The notes under the pieces were generated by a model. That model saw nothing but the letters and a program-made list of their open reading frames with translations, made no database searches and was not told the DNA's origin. A program made the position numbers and the translations under genes. 64,000 bases of DNA from NCBI GenBank assembly GCA_034667745.1, contig JAXDQP010000062.1:958-64957 (forward strand), written 5' to 3'. This stretch comes from Thermoplasmata archaeon (lineage in GTDB: Archaea > Thermoplasmatota > E2 > JACPAO01 > JAHFTW01). Below are positions 62,954-64,000 of the stretch, in pieces; position 1 is the first letter of the stretch, and every line of letters begins with the position of its first letter.

Positions 62954-64000
62954 CTAGCGAATCTTCGAGCCGGGCGGCACCTTGCGCTGCGGCTCCAGCA
63001 CCGCGACGGTGGTGCCGTCGTCGGCGGCGAGGACCATGCCCTGCGACTCGACGCCGCGCAGCAGCGCAGGCTGGAGGTTGGCGACGAACGCCACCGTCTT
63101 GCCCACCAGTTCGTCGGGCTTGTAGTGGGCCTTGAGGCCCGCGACGACCTGACGCTCGCCCAGTTCGCCCACATCGAGCTTGAGGACGTAGAGCTTGTCT
63201 GCCTTCGGGTGCGGCTCGACGGACTTCACGGTGGCCAGGCGAAGTTGGACGCGCTGAAACTCGTCGATGGTGATGGTGGCGGGCGCTGCGGCCGGACCAT
63301 CCGCGGATTTTGCGGAGGGTGCGGATTTTGCGGGGCTCTGCGGGCTCGGCGCGCCCTGCGGTTGGGCGGGGGTGGATTCTTGCGGGATGTCGGTCGCCTC
63401 CAGTTTGCGGAAGAGGGCCTTGGGCTCCGCGAGGGGCTTGCCCGATTGGAGGGGGAGCCCCGCGGCGGACCAGGGCTGGTCGTGGACGCTGCCGGACTCG
63501 CCGAGCATCTCCCACAGTTGCTGCGCGGCGGTCGGGAGGTAGGGCGCCATGTAGACGCTGAGCGCCTTCAGCAGGCGCAGGAGGCTGTGCAGGTTGGCCT
63601 CGGCCTCGGGGCGGTCGGTCTTGAACTTCGCCCACGGCTGCTGCTCCTGCATCCACTGGTTGCCCTGCGCGGCGAGCGCCATGATGCGCCGCATGCCGGG
63701 GCGGAGCTGGACGGAGCCGAGGTGGAGGGCGAGGTCGTCGCCGCAGGCGTGGATGGCAGCCGTCACCTTGCCGTTGAACGGGTCGGCGGGGGCGGCCGGC
63801 GGGTCGGGGATGCGGCCGACGTTCTTCTGCGTGAAGCTGAGGACGCGGTGCGCGAGGTTGCCGAGGGTGCCGACCAGCTCGTCGTTGACCTTGGCGAGGA
63901 AGTCCTCCCACACCCAGTCGGCGTCGCGGCCCTCGGGCATGTTGATGCTGAGGTAGTAGCGCACGGCGTCGGCCTGGAAGCGGTCGAGGATGTCGTGCAC
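62954..64000 (-). CDS. metG: methionine--tRNA ligase, C-terminal portion (anticodon-binding domain plus EMAP-like tRNA-binding domain); N-terminus beyond window end
   Basis: ..LGNLAHRVLSF.. anticodon-binding region, C-terminal OB-fold block VLKLDVGELGERQVVAGL..; ORF runs to position 64000 without a start. Confidence 0.85.
   Translation of the reverse strand: MHDILDRFQADAVRYYLSINMPEGRDADWVWEDFLAKVNDELVGTLGNLAHRVLSFTQKNVGRIPDPPAAPADPFNGKVTAAIHACGDDLALHLGSVQLRPGMRRIMALAAQGNQWMQEQQPWAKFKTDRPEAEANLHSLLRLLKALSVYMAPYLPTAAQQLWEMLGESGSVHDQPWSAAGLPLQSGKPLAEPKALFRKLEATDIPQESTPAQPQGAPSPQSPAKSAPSAKSADGPAAAPATITIDEFQRVQLRLATVKSVEPHPKADKLYVLKLDVGELGERQVVAGLKAHYKPDELVGKTVAFVANLQPALLRGVESQGMVLAADDGTTVAVLEPQRKVPPGSKIR

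Noticed and set aside
1-64000. CRISPR arrays, rRNA genes
   Set aside because: Scanned for regularly spaced short direct repeats and for rRNA-like conserved stretches; none present. The only repeat families are the MITE-like elements and the 26-bp direct repeat pair.
1-64000. Haloarchaeal origin
   Set aside because: Despite high GC, proteins are not acid-enriched and exported proteins use Sec-type signal peptides and lipoboxes without twin-arginine motifs; haloarchaea show the opposite.

Overview
High-GC window (roughly two-thirds G+C by eye) from an archaeal chromosome. Archaeal assignment rests on MCM, Hef, XPD, Cbf5, NMD3, aIF2-beta, the archaeal-type adk-DUF106-cmk-cbf5 block and a tRNA-Gln with an A1-U72 pair. 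Proteins are not acidic and signal peptides lack twin-arginine motifs, so a haloarchaeon is unlikely; a non-halophilic euryarchaeon, possibly Thermoplasmatota-like, is my guess. Core content: a near-complete arginine biosynthesis cluster (argC-argJ-argB-argD, an embedded HTH-ACT regulator, argG-argH-argF) followed by lipB. Further on sit Hef, MCM, NMD3, XPD, pyrB plus a truncated pyrI, adk/cmk/cbf5, nfo, aIF2-beta, pyrG and a partial metG. There are three tRNAs: Gln-CTG, Val-TAC and Ser-GGA. The most unusual region is an ~7.7 kb island at about 13.86-21.6 kb bounded by AT-rich patches; the lipB 3' end is itself encoded by AT-rich DNA. The island carries a short serine recombinase and a perfect 26-bp palindrome 29 bp after the recombinase stop. 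A pair of 26-bp direct repeats flanks a 5.8 kb block of unannotatable minus-strand genes: beta-rich proteins, one 318-aa ORF with no methionine and no canonical start, then a train of tiny translationally coupled zinc-ribbon and RHH genes. Inside that block lies a ~430-bp non-coding, iteron-like region. Next to the island is a stand-alone HerA-like ATPase with a Pro-rich linker and a C-terminal Cys-cluster domain, followed by a small conserved protein. A family of MITE-like palindromic intergenic elements (6 copies, two subtypes sharing a GGGATTYCGG core) is scattered through the window. A tRNA-flanked cluster of secreted proteins and lipoproteins includes a membrane-anchored double winged-helix regulator. 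No CRISPR arrays and no rRNA genes were seen. Many long ORFs in the supplied track are GC-driven antisense artefacts and were ignored.
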